Origin: Oikopleura dioica
Lineage: Eukaryota; Animalia; Chordata
NCBI GenBank assembly: GCA_907165135.1
Contig: OU015567.1
Span: forward strand, 13,578,001 to 13,642,000
Reading direction: 5' to 3'
DNA: 64,000 nucleotides
How positions within the stretch are numbered: the stretch's first letter is position 1; each line of letters starts with the position of its first letter. The notes under the pieces were generated by a model. It made no database searches and was not told where the DNA came from. It saw nothing but the letters and a program-made list of their open reading frames with translations. Of this stretch, positions 35,810-47,912 are shown one piece after another. Position numbers and translations under genes: made by a program.

Positions 35810-38504
35810 CTAAGAATCCCGATGAAGAAACTTTAGCTTGAAGGGTTCTGGTGCTAAAACTGATGACATGTTTTTGTCGATCTTTGGTAGGGATGCACCA
35901 TCTTCAAACTCGATTTTGAAGTTGAGGATGATTTCAGCAGCGAAGTAAAAATTTTCTGTTTTCGCTATTTGTTGTCCTTAATTGCGTGTGAGGCTGAACT
36001 TGTTTTAAGCGATTCAGTACCAATACAGTTTCGTTTCCCAACTCCGAACGAGCAAACCTTGTGATCGTGAACAAACTCCCCATTTCTCAAAAATCTTTCA
36101 GGAAGAAATTCGTCTGGATTTTTGAAGTTTTCTAAAAAGTAAACTCGTTAGTGCAAATAATTATAAACTTACTTGGATCACGCATAACACTCGCCAAAGA
36201 TCCTAAAAAGAAATCGCCCTTCTTGAACCGATAACCATCAATTTCGACATCTTCCGCCACTTGATGCGGTAAAGAGTCAGCCACTGGGAAAACTCGTCTA
36301 TTTTCTAGCATCACTGATGACAGCAAAGGACAGTCTTTTTGGTCAAACGATCCTTTATTACTAAAAAGTTTTGGATGAAGATTGGTTGGGATTAACTGAA
36401 CGTACCTTTTGGCAGTCGAGATTTCGTCATAAAGTCGATTTTGTAAAGAGGGTCGAAGAGCAAGCTGGATAAGAAGCCATCGCATTGTATTCGCTAAATA
36501 GGAATCAATTTTACTGCTGACGTGTAAGAACCGATTGGAAATTAACGATCCGAAACGTGAACCATCTGCGGTCACCCAAATTTTGCCCGGACATAAAGCC
36601 GCCTGTGAAACTTAGTTATTCGTAAGTCATAAAAGGCATTGACAATGGGCTTATTTGAGTTTTCCGGTCGTTGATTGACTCTTATTTCTTACCTATTGTG
36701 TCCGTTCCGCCGATGTACAGAGAAACTAAAGTAAATCCGATCGTATGGTAGCCAATTGTTGAGTCCGTTCGAGTCAAGTCAAGAAGAAAATCCATATAGT
36801 CGCGGAAGTTTTCTTCATCAAGGCCTTTCCTATGCTCTGCAACGGTTTGATGAGAATCCAAAAGAAGGATCTTACCTTTGATATACGAGTAAATGTAAGG
36901 CTGAAATTTCAGATAAAGCAATTCGCACATTTCTTTGTACTTCGGGAAGATCTTCATCTTTAGCTTCCTGAACCAGTGCATTCTGATGAGCCATTTAGGA
37001 GTTATTGATGCGGTCATCTTCGCCTGAACATAGCCCATCAGATTTCTCAGCAAATCTTTCGTCATTTTGGAAACTGTTTGAAAGTTTTCATCGTCTATTT
37101 TGTAGTGAACGCCAAGAAGAAAATTGGTGAGAACATTGATTGAGCCGTTGAGAAGGTATGGAAGGGGGTCCACAGGTTTGCCATCGAGGGTCGATAGTTG
37201 GGAACAGAGCTGTCTAGCGTTGTCTTTGACTGATTCCTGTAATTTATCAGAGCCATGAAGTTTCAGGACAGCATGGTACCAGTTAGAGCGTAATTTACGA
37301 AAAGAGTCGCTATGAGAATTCGACATTTCAGGTCCAGAACACACCTTCTAAAGCAGATATATCTATAGAATTCCATTCCTATACGGTCCATTGCCCACTC
37401 CATAGAGGCCTTCTATTAGCTCTGTGTCGCCAGTTGCATCTCTGAAGAATTTTTCAAGATTGAAGTCTTGTCTAATCAGCTTTTCTTCAAGTTCAAGCCT
37501 ATCATTGTGGAGTCGGTCCGAAACTTTGTGGCTACCAAAGATCTTCTTCATAAGTTCATAGTCAGTGATAATGATAGGGCCAATTGGTAGGCCTAGAATC
37601 TTCGACTTGTAAATCTTGGGCAACTTGTCATCTCTCAAATGCGGGTACCCTCCCAATCCCTGGGCAAAATCGAAAACCCAGGGATTCGGAGGGTCAAATC
37701 CGAAATGTTCTAGAAATGTCTTTCAGCTGTTTTACAGCAGATTCATTAATTAGTTTTCTCTAATAATTGGTTAGTGTTGAAAGAAAAACAACTTTAGCAA
37801 ACGCATTATATTTTTATATTAGTATATATTTATAAGCATCCACTATTGGTTAAATTAAAATAATTTTTAAGCCTTAAATCTTCATTTATATCGTCTGATA
37901 GTAATTTCGAAAAAAATGTCTGTTGGAAAATTACTTTCTGCTTTCATTCAATTTTCTTCTTTTAAGGGTTGGCGTTTAATCAAATATGACATACAAGTTA
38001 TCTTCTAAAGTGCTTACGTTTTTAGTATATTTTGAAAAATGATAAATAAAAGATTTTTTTGATCTTTTGTAGGGGTTTTCTAGAACATCACCCTCCGAAT
38101 CCCTGGACTTTTCCCAAAAACCCAGGGATTCGGAGGGTGCCCAGGGATTCGGAGGGTCACCCCTCAAATGATCTTGAATAAACTCAAAATTAGTCTCATC
38201 CAGGTTTACGTTCTCGTAAAAAAAAGTTAACAAGTATGCTAAAAAACCCTCTTCGTTTTCGAAATATATTGAATTATCATCAATTTCTTTGATTGTAATT
38301 TGAAATTTCTAAGTTGTCTTTAAGACCTTGAGAGGTTATGAAAAGGCCTTGAACTTCAAGGTCGCCATTGTAAACCGTTGCCTTTTTATCGAAAGGCCAT
38401 TCAAACACAGGAATTTTTCGTGACCTCTGGCCTTTCATGCGTTTAATAACTGCGATACTGGTAAGGACGAAAAGTACTGCGATGAGGATCTCATCATAGA
38501 TCAT
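35810..38504 (-). CDS. Cytochrome P450, CYP2-clan-like; exon 2 interrupted by a hAT-like element
   Basis: N-terminal TM anchor; I-helix GGTDT; K-helix ENRR; NPDEFLPERF; heme motif FGVGKRNCIG; stop 35810-12. Confidence 0.9.
37642..38162. mobile_element. Non-autonomous hAT-like MITE (521 bp) inside CYP exon 2
   Basis: Imperfect 23-bp TIRs CGGGTACCCTCCCAATCCCTGGG / CCCAGGGATTCGGAGGGTCACCC; 8-bp TSD CTCAAATG at 37634-41 and 38163-70; the ORF track shows the duplicated HLR on both sides (QDHLRGD.. / YPHLRDD..). Confidence 0.85.
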
Positions 38505-39208
38505 TCTTCTTCTTCGCCTTCTTATTCTTCTTTTGGGTTCGAAAAAATATGATAAAAATTATTCAGACATAATTTTGTTTACCTATTCCAAGTGCGTGCT
38601 CAACCAAAGAATCTTCCCCTTCGTTATTTATTCATAAGCTTCTTTTGGATATCTCTTACTGTTAACCCTCCGTACCTGCAAACATCATGCGCTCTATTGT
38701 GCCCCCTAAGAAGCGCGACAGTCTAAAAAATGATCGCGTCGCTAAACATTTAGTTACTCTCTATCTCTTCTTTTATATTTACTCTTTCTCTCTATCTCCT
38801 ACATCGTGAGGAGAATTGAGATTAATTATATTTCGGATTCTTAAACATTTGGTCGTCCGTGAGTGTCCTTACTATCCTATCTTTGACGGGTATTTTTACA
38901 ACTATGAACTCAGGTCCACCGTCACATGATGGACAGTTTTTAAACTCAAATATTCCTGGCAAATATTTGTAAAAAGAACAGACTTGGGTCAGTTTAGAAA
39001 AAAATGGAAGGAAAGGATTTTGTTAGCAGTATAAAGACGATGCTCAAAAAGGAGAGAATTTATTATGTTCGACTTCGTTGAGGCGGAAAGATAATGATTT
39101 TAATCGTTTCGTTTATTTTTTAATTTAGTTTAAAACGCACTCAATCGTTTATTCTAGAACAGAATAGTATCAACTTTGTGAGAATGGTTTTCTTGCAGTT
39201 AGTTGACC

Positions 39209-40037
39209 ATGGCTTCTTGCAGGAACGAGTAAACAAATTATAATTTATAAAGCAATTTATTTTCTTTTATTTACCAAACTCGATAAAGTTGCAAAGAAAG
39301 TACAAAAGATGCTTTCAAGTTATTGGTCGCCCACTTTTTCAGTTTCGAGGGGTTCTTTCGAGCAGTTATCAATATTGGTAAATATGCAATAAAATACGAA
39401 AAGTACTGTAATCTAAAAATAGCAAGTATTGTAAACATCGGCTTCCTCGCAAACGCACCAGCTCCGTCAGTACTCACCATCAACATAATCCAAATTTCCA
39501 TCATTTCAACGCTGATCTATCACTCACTGATTTATGTCATCAAAGCCTGGAAATGGAACGAATGGCTTCCCATTGTTAGGATTATCAATTACGAATGGGT
39601 AAGTATTTTGACTTTCAGTTTATCGCGAAAGGCTTATCATGAAAACATTAATCTTAGCTCGACATCTGGGCAAACGGAATTCTCGCAATAGGCCTTTTTA
39701 TTTCCGGTTGTTTGGGACTACTCGCATTTTCAGACGAAAATGCTTCTTTTGAAGGAGATGTTTCTTCGAGCATCTCTCTAAGTACAATTCTACCAGGAAC
39801 GGTTTTCATTCTTCCGTAAACTGTTGAAGCTCTTGAAGTACCTAGATGCCTTTACCATCATCAACCTTAAAAGTCACAACGCTTGCTTATGTCGCCAGAC
39901 GAACAAAGAATCGCCACGAACGAGAGGGAGTTTATGAGCGAGAAAGAAACCAACACCCCGAAAGCAACATTACACTATCTGACATCGAATCTGCTGCGAA
40001 AGTCGCCAAAGTCATCTCTACTACTGCAAAAGTTTGA
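39209..40037 (+). CDS. Possible small multi-pass membrane protein (MARVEL/CMTM-like)
   Basis: Spliced hydrophobic exons [54 protein letters not shown]; end not resolved. Confidence 0.35.
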
Positions 40038-40123
40038 AACGATTTTTATCTAATATATTTCCTTCTTATTACAGACTTGAACACACCTATTCGTTTATCG
40101 AAAATTTAAAGAGTCTATTTTTG

Positions 40124-42716
40124 TTACTTGAACTGAGTATAGGAAGTTTGATCGTTGTTTCTCGTCTCATAAATGAATTGGAGTAGGTCTTTCTTTGTGA
40201 TAAGACCAACCAGTTCGCCTTGTCGGAGGACAAAAACCTGGCGACAGCCGAGTTTTCGAAACACCTCTAAAACTAGAGCTATGGACGTCTGTTCGCTGAT
40301 TGTCACGGGACTAAAATAAAATTGCTAAGTTTGTAAGCATCTAAATTTCTACCTGTAATCGATGACATTATTTAGACGGATAGGAACCCTTCCCGCAGAA
40401 ACTAGAGGCGTCGACATCGTAAATAACACCGTTTGGTCAATGTGAGCATCATTAGGATCAAGTGTCATCAGTTTTCGTCCGGCAGCTATTCCTTCTTGTA
40501 GATCTTCTCTGAAGAAAAATTGCGTTTACTCATCCTTGATTCCTTTTACCTAGTTATAAATGCCACTAATCGCCCTTGAACGGTGACAATCGGGAATCCA
40601 GAAAAGGGATGGTCAGCCAACATTGTACAGAGCTTCTCAGTTGTACTTCCTTGGAAAGGGATAGTTACCATCGTCCCTCCTTTTGGATTCATAATTTGAC
40701 CGGCAGTCGTCTTAAAATAAGTATATTTCTTTGACAAGTATATTCTACCTTCTGCTGTTGCATATCGATCTTGACATCAAGATATGGATATTCGTTTAGG
40801 GTAATATGCCCATCATAAATTCCATCTTTTCCGAACGCATCTCCGATCCATTTTGAAGCCATGGTTGCAACCATGAATGGTACAATGTACTGCAGTCCCC
40901 CTGTCACTTCGAACATAATCACAACGAGAGAAACTGTCATCCTCGTGACGCCTCCTAAAGCAGCTGCTGCCCCGACCATTGAGTACAGTCCCGGCTCGAT
41001 GCATGAAGTTGGGTCTGCGCAAACACCCTCCCAAATTGACAATGTCGGGAAAGCTTCGATTATCTTTTGGGTCAAAATGCCGATAAGCCGTCCTTAATTA
41101 TTGTGATTAGTTTTCGAGACTTCAAGTGAATTTACCTGTTATTGCGCCAGTGACCATAGAAGGAATAAAGAGCCCAGCTGGGACCTTTATGCCAAAAGTA
41201 ATCACTGTGAGTGCTGATTTTACAACAAGGGCCAGTATAAGCTGCCATGTCGCTTGAGTGATGCCGTCATTGAAGACTGTTGTGGCATTTTGACTGTAAT
41301 TGTAGTCACAAAGTGGATTGTCATCGTATCTTTTGCACTCTTTGAATAACAAACGAATAAGATGGCCAGATTGAATTCTAGTGTATGGATTCGGATACGC
41401 CAGAATTGAAGTTCCAAGTGCAAGAATCACCACTTCGAGTAATGGATGCTGGCCAAGAATCGATCTTTTGCGAAAACGACACCAGGAGAGGTTCATGTTG
41501 ATGAATAAAATTCCATAAAGGCCTCCCAAAATTCCAAGAATAATAAATGGAAACAGCTCAAACAGATGATAAGGCTTGTCATATTCCACGTAGAAAAGAA
41601 CCAAGTGCTGATTTCCAAATGGGTTCATTGCTCTCAGTGAGAAAGCTGCAATCAATGCGCAGAAAAATGATCGCCAAAGCGTTTTGAGAGGGAAATAGTA
41701 GCTCACTTCTTCCAAGGAAAACAGAACGCCTCCGATAGGTGCACCAAAAGCAACAGAAACACCTGCCGCAGCTGATGCAGAGAGCATTTCTCGAAGCTTT
41801 GCCTATGTTGAAAATTAAAAAATGACCGGACTTCTTCCATTACCTGATTGTTTCTATACTTTGGAAAGAATTGAGAAACAGCATGTCCACAACAGCAAGC
41901 AACGTGAACAAGTGGACCTTCTTTGCCAAGCATAAGACCTGCAGATACGGCCAAGGGCATCGTCAAAGTTTTGACGAGTAGCGTTCCAAAACCAAGATAA
42001 CCCTTCATGATGAAACCAGAGAGAATCGTCTTGACCTCAGGAATGCCAGAACCACAGGCATAAGGCGCAATCATCTTCACAAGAATCACGGCGATTGTTG
42101 CAAAGAGTGTTCCCATCAAGCAGTACATAATGAAAAGAAGCACGTGACCTCCGTAAGTGTTTGGGTTTCCATAGTCTCTCCAAGCTGTGCAATTGTCTTC
42201 GTCGATTCCATGAAGAGTGTCTGACCAGCAACACTGCTCCTGGTTTAGGTAAAGATGGCCGCGGCAGTAGCCTGATTTCAAATCCGAAAGCCATTTTGTT
42301 GCGATATCAATGACTCCGGCAGCAAAACCCGCAAGAAGACCAATAACGGTAACTAAAACAGTTAAAATAAAGATAACATCTGTGTCTTTTTCTTTACCGA
42401 TAATCCAGCCAGAAGCAGCATCGGCAAGAGACCTTATATAATTAACAATATTCGGTGTTTTTTCTGCCTTTTCCTTGTCTCTCGCTCGTTTTCGTTGGTC
42501 CACCGCCAGTTCTCGATACCAATCGATACTTCCAAAATCTTTATAATGAAACTTAGTTTCGCCGGTAAAATCTTCTTCCAATGCATCTGGGTCGCTTCCA
42601 TACGAGCTTCCTTCTTTCCCTAAATCAAGCTCAACAAAGTCTTTTCTCTCCATGTCGTCGTTTGGGAAATCGGTTTTAATTATATTCAGTGCTATCGGCC
42701 TCGAGCGTGTTTCCAT
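40124..42716 (-). CDS. CLCN3: Endosomal Cl-/H+ exchanger, ClC-3/4/5 family
   Basis: [60 protein letters not shown], two CBS domains. Confidence 0.93.
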
Positions 42717-43351
42717 GCTTATTTTCTCTTATTTTCTTCTTCCTTTCTTTATTTTTTTCTGATTCACAGGAGAAGCTCAAAAGCGGAGGAAAACAAAATC
42801 GCGCTTTGTTTCTCTGACGGGTCCAATATCACCCCTTGGGATTATTGCCCAAATATCACTTCGCCTTTCGAGCACATTTTTGAACAGAATAAATCGATCA
42901 AGGCGATACTCATTCAAAATGATCTGTAGGGACGTGAGTAGTTCCACAAGTACACACACGCGCCTGAGGCAAGAAACCAAAAAGTGTTTGGATTTGCGCC
43001 AAATGAGCCCACGCTAATTAGAGAGAGAAATTCTAGCATGTCACGTACCTAGAAGAGGTTGATTCAGGGGAATTTTCTCGGACATGAAGAAATGAAAAAA
43101 GTTTATTTTTCCTTTGAACAAGATTGAATAATGAGAATATGGAAGGGTGAGGCTGCTGATGAAATAGAGGAACATGGCCGACAAACGTGGTTAATCGATC
43201 CGTTTGTCAGCAAAAAGGGTCGAGAAGGCGCCGCGGCATGCATATCCTTATCGAAGAACTCTTATTTGAATGATAATTCAATCTTTATTTCGAATAAAAA
43301 ATACAGGTCGTCAAGTTGGAAATTAATCTTCAGTGGTAGCAAAAGTTGTAT

Positions 43352-46300
43352 TTAGTAGCCATAGTTCAGATTCGGGTTTCGTCGAAGGGCTCGAGCGCTG
43401 AGTCGAGAATTCTGCTTGCGTACTCGCATCTGGAATTTCATCTCAGATCGGTTCTTCTTTTTGTTGTCTCGGTTCTTCTTTTTCTTGTTCTTGGCAGCCT
43501 TCTTTTTGGCTTTCTTCTCGGCCTTCTTCTTCTTCTTGGCGGCTTTCTTGGCTGCTTTTTGGGCCTTCTTGATTTCTTTTGGTGAAAGGTTGGTGTTCTT
43601 CTGTGGAGAAGATGGAGCTGGAGCTGCTTCTTTTGATGGAGCCCAGGTTTCAAGACCAGTATTTGCGGGCTCTAAGATACTTTGAGACGATGATAACATG
43701 CAATGTACTTACGTGCTGGAGGATCAACCAAAACAGCCATGATATCGGCAGAATTCACGCAGTGAGTCAATTTCTTCACCCACTTTTGAGAACCATTAGC
43801 ATACTCATGACAGACAGAAGTGTCATGTCCAAGAGCTGGGACTTCTCCATCTGGGCAGGTGAGAGTACAGAGCTTTTCTTTGATGACGACACAGTCTGGA
43901 TGAGTTGGAGCGGGTCCATAGTAAGCAGGTTGTCCAGTAGCCCACCCAGAAGAAGAACCAGAAGTTGAATGAGATGGCCTAGAATATATATAATAAATGG
44001 AATTTTTACATGATCCTACATGGATGAAGAACTACTGGAAGATGATTGAGCTGGCTGAGAGCTTGAGCTGGATGAGCCAGAGCTAGAGCTAGAGGATCCA
44101 GATGGTAGACCGAAGGTATGAAGACTTCTTCGCTTTCGACCGTAAGGGATGTTTTCGTAAGAATCGTAGCTTTCTGGGTAAGAGCAATAGTATCCATCCC
44201 AGTATTGCTTATATTTGTATTGGTTGTAGTTGTAGGGCTCGTGACCATATGAGTTCATGCCTCCATTTCCAGCAACAACCTTAAACATCGTAAAACAACA
44301 AAACAATATGAAAACAAACCTCGTATCGGACAGAAACGTCAGTAAGATTGGTACAAGTGTAAGAACCAGCAACTAGCTTTTCAGCATTATCAGTGACATT
44401 CATTGTGCTACCGGCACCAGTGGTCCATGATGGTGCAACAACCATATCCCAAGCGGTTCCCTCAGTTGTTTCAAGATCGATGGCGCAGGTTTCGTCAGGG
44501 TTCTGAAATACAATAAAATGTAACAATAAAATGTGCTTGAAAAAAATGGCAAACCTCAATAGCATGAACATCTGGGCAGCATCGTACAGGAGCAGCATCC
44601 CAGGTGGCGGTTTCAACAAAACAGTGGTAGGCAGTGATTCCAGAGACAGAAATGCAGTTGTCTTTACAAAGTGGAACACAACGCTGGACTTCTTGGATAT
44701 CGTCGTCCCATTCCCATCTAGATTTAATCTAATTATCAGAAAAGAAATGTTTCATACCTATCCATTGGGTCATCATCGACACTTCTTCGGCCAACGTAAT
44801 GGTGCTGAGTCGATGTATAGGTCGTAGAAGATGAAGAGTAAGAGTTGTATTTCTTGTAGACGTTGGAGTAGTACATACTTCCGGCGTTGTAAGTAACATG
44901 AGAGTACAAGTGATGGTAAGGATGTTGGTAGCCAGCAACGTAACCATACGCGTTGGGTTTGTAGTACTGTTGGTAGTTTGGAGAGCTTGCATAGAATTTC
45001 TCTGGCCAGTAGCTGTTCTTTGCTGGCATGTATCCGTAGTTGTGATAGCTGTACTGAGAGTTTCCGTAGGTACCTTGGATGGCGTTCTGGTTGTAAAATT
45101 GTTTTGAGCAGTCCCAATCAGTGCAAACATCTTCAGATGGAACATCACAGACAGGCTTTGCCTCACAAACTGGGAATGGGCTGAGATCCCATGATGTTCC
45201 GATGTAATCAGTGCAAGTTGTTACTGAATCGTAAGAAACCATAAATCCTTGATCACAGATCAATCTGCAAGTCCATTTGGCCTGAGCAGAGAGAATGTGA
45301 TCCTGATTGTATTCATTGTAGTTGGTATCGTAACCATAGCTTCGCTCGGCTTCATCAAAGAGCTCAGTTCGCTGGTCTTGAGAATAAACGACTTCGATGC
45401 CGGTGACAGAAGTTCGAGTACATTCCCATTGTCCATTAATCTCAGTAGTGTTAGTCGTGAGCTGTGGGTGTCCATCGAGGCAATAATCTTTGTCCTCAAT
45501 GCATCGGGTGATGTCAGACAGCCAGTTTCCGTCGTAACATCGGGTTGTTGTCTTGGAGAAGACTTCTGGTCGATGTCCTTGTTCGCATTTGAGAGTAACA
45601 TCGACAATACCTCCATTGATATTTGTATCAAAGCTGCCGCCAGTGCCAGCGTCGAAGAGAGCGCCAACTTGGGCGGCCGAAGTTGGGCATTTCGAAGGTG
45701 CTTCGACGCAGTGAGTAACAGTACCATTAGCACCGAGAGCATTGAGCCATTTGTCATCGGAGTTGCATGTGAGAATTGACATGTCAGTATCGTCAACTAC
45801 GTAGCTGAGGCCACGATGGTTGAGTCCTTCCTGGCACTGAAGGACACACTCAGTCTTCCAAGCTCCTGGGAGTCGAGTGCACAAGTACATGCCGTTCTCG
45901 ACAACTGACGGCTCGAAATCGCAATCTCTTGGGCAAGCCTTCATCTCTCGAGGAACACACACCGGTGGGTTGACGTCTGGTCCCCACGATGGCCAGTTAG
46001 TTGGGTCGCATGTGAGCTCAGTGTCGCACGTAGAAGAGACAAAACCAGGATCACAAGTGAGATGGCAATGTGTTTGTCCGTGAATAGAGGCATCATAGCC
46101 ATATCCATATGGCCCACTCTTTGTATAAGTCTTCTTAGGTGGCGAGTAACTGTATGCTGAGTAGTGCTGGTAGTTGCTGGCATAGGGAGAACCAGAGTAT
46201 GATGGTGCGGGATAGTTTGATGGATATCCGCTGGATGGATAAGATGGCGCAGAGTAAGAGCTTGATGGATACGAGGATGATGGGTAGGAAGGAGAACCGT

Positions 46301-47572
46301 AGTATCCTCGCTCACCCTCTTCGCCTTCTCCTTCACTATGCTCGGTATCTCGACGTCTTCGGCCATATGGGTCGTAGCCTCCATTGTACGAAGAAGGATA
46401 GCCTGGGTTGTAACCTGGCTGATAACCTGGGTTGTAACCACTGTATGATGGTTTTGGTTCGTAAGTATGACCGTGTGGGCCCTCACATTCCCATCGCCCG
46501 TGCCAATTAAACTGGTTTGAAGTTTGAGACTGTGGATTAGCGCATTGATGACCTCTACCAAATGGTTCATCACATCCTTGTGGAGGAGCTGGCGACCATT
46601 CTCCAGTTCGCAAGTCGCAAGTGATAGTTCCGACGCTTCCGTCAGCGAGAATTTCTCTTGGAACACTAGGTGCTGGGCACTGGACTTTGCAAACCTTCAA
46701 GTATCCAGCTTCTGTGCCCCAAATTGAGCGGGCTTCTTCTTCGGATCGAACTGCTTCGCCCTCGCCTCTGTTGTAAGAGCCATGAACAGCAGCATTGTAG
46801 TATTGATGAGAAGATGGGTATGGCTGGTACTCGCACTCGTACCATCCCGGGAACCAATCATACTTTTCGATGTTGCATCCGTCGTTGAAGTCAAATGGTC
46901 CGTGAAGATGAGTGCATTCTGCCATATTGTCCTTGATGGCGAAGGAGTTCTCAAGTTCATAGAGAGACTTTTCTTTATTAATCCAGGCTCCTTGATTACA
47001 GTAGAACCATCTTGGTTTGTGCTGCCACGAAAGATCTCTGTTGCTGTGAGCTTCTTCACCGTTTCCACCGTCCCAGACAAAGTTTCCGGAGTTACCGGAA
47101 TTGTTGTTGCCCGAACTGGAGGACTGGCTTGATGATCCAGAACTGCTGGAGCTACTGGATGGGAAAAACTCATGAAAACTTCTTCTCTTTCTCTTTCCAT
47201 ATTTTTGGCCGTAATGGGGAACGTAGTTATCTGGGTAATTCTTCCAGATTCCGATTTGGCAGCGGACTTCCATCAACACTTCCCATGTGGGCTTATTTGG
47301 CTCCCAGCCGTAATCGGAAGCTTGGTGGCAGAAAATGTTCGAGTGATGAGGAGTCGTGGTCATCGCTTGGAGGTCGAGACATTGCTGCATGCAAGAGTCA
47401 CTTGAAGCGTCTGTAAAGGTCTTGATATAGTCTGGGGCAACGTCATCGTGAGTTGCGCCCATGGGATCTGCATATTGGGCACTGCCCAAACCAGCGAGGA
47501 ATGCTGTCTGAAATTAATGTTACAATCTCTGATATTCTCTCTTTAGAAAATACGAACCTTTAGTCCCCACAT
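43352..47572 (-). CDS. Large secreted sushi/CCP-repeat protein with Tyr/Ser/Pro/Gly-rich segments, multibasic cleavage sites and a Lys/Ala-rich tail
   Basis: Exon 1 MWGLK (47572-47558) is spliced to TAFLAGLGSA; several C..C..G..C....W..C CCP-like modules; KRKRRS, RRRRDT and RKRRS sites; tail KKAQKAAKKAAKKKKKAEKK; stop 43352. Confidence 0.75.
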
Positions 47573-47912
47573 GGTTCTGCGACAGCAAAAGCTCCTAGAG
47601 AACCGCACCTGTTTTTATCATTTGGCCAGTGCGCCACAAACCTTCGAATGCTTGGATTTGCGGTAAAGATGCCAATTCGCGCTAACTGCGGACAAATATT
47701 AGCAATTAAAAAGATGTAGACCACTTTTTTGAACTATTTAGTTGACGTTTTGTTTATTTCTTTAGATCCGCACCCCCAATAAAATCTCGTACTTACCGGA
47801 AATTATTGCTAGCGGACATAATTCAGAAGAGCGTATTTGCTAATGATAAACAGTGCCAATTTCCTGGTCAGTTTTTGGAAGAAAGCAAAAACTCAAAATA
47901 AGAGAAACAAAA

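Noticed and set aside
45249-47416. Long plus-strand and alternative-frame ORFs over the sushi gene
   Set aside because: Shadow ORFs of a long, codon-biased coding exon.
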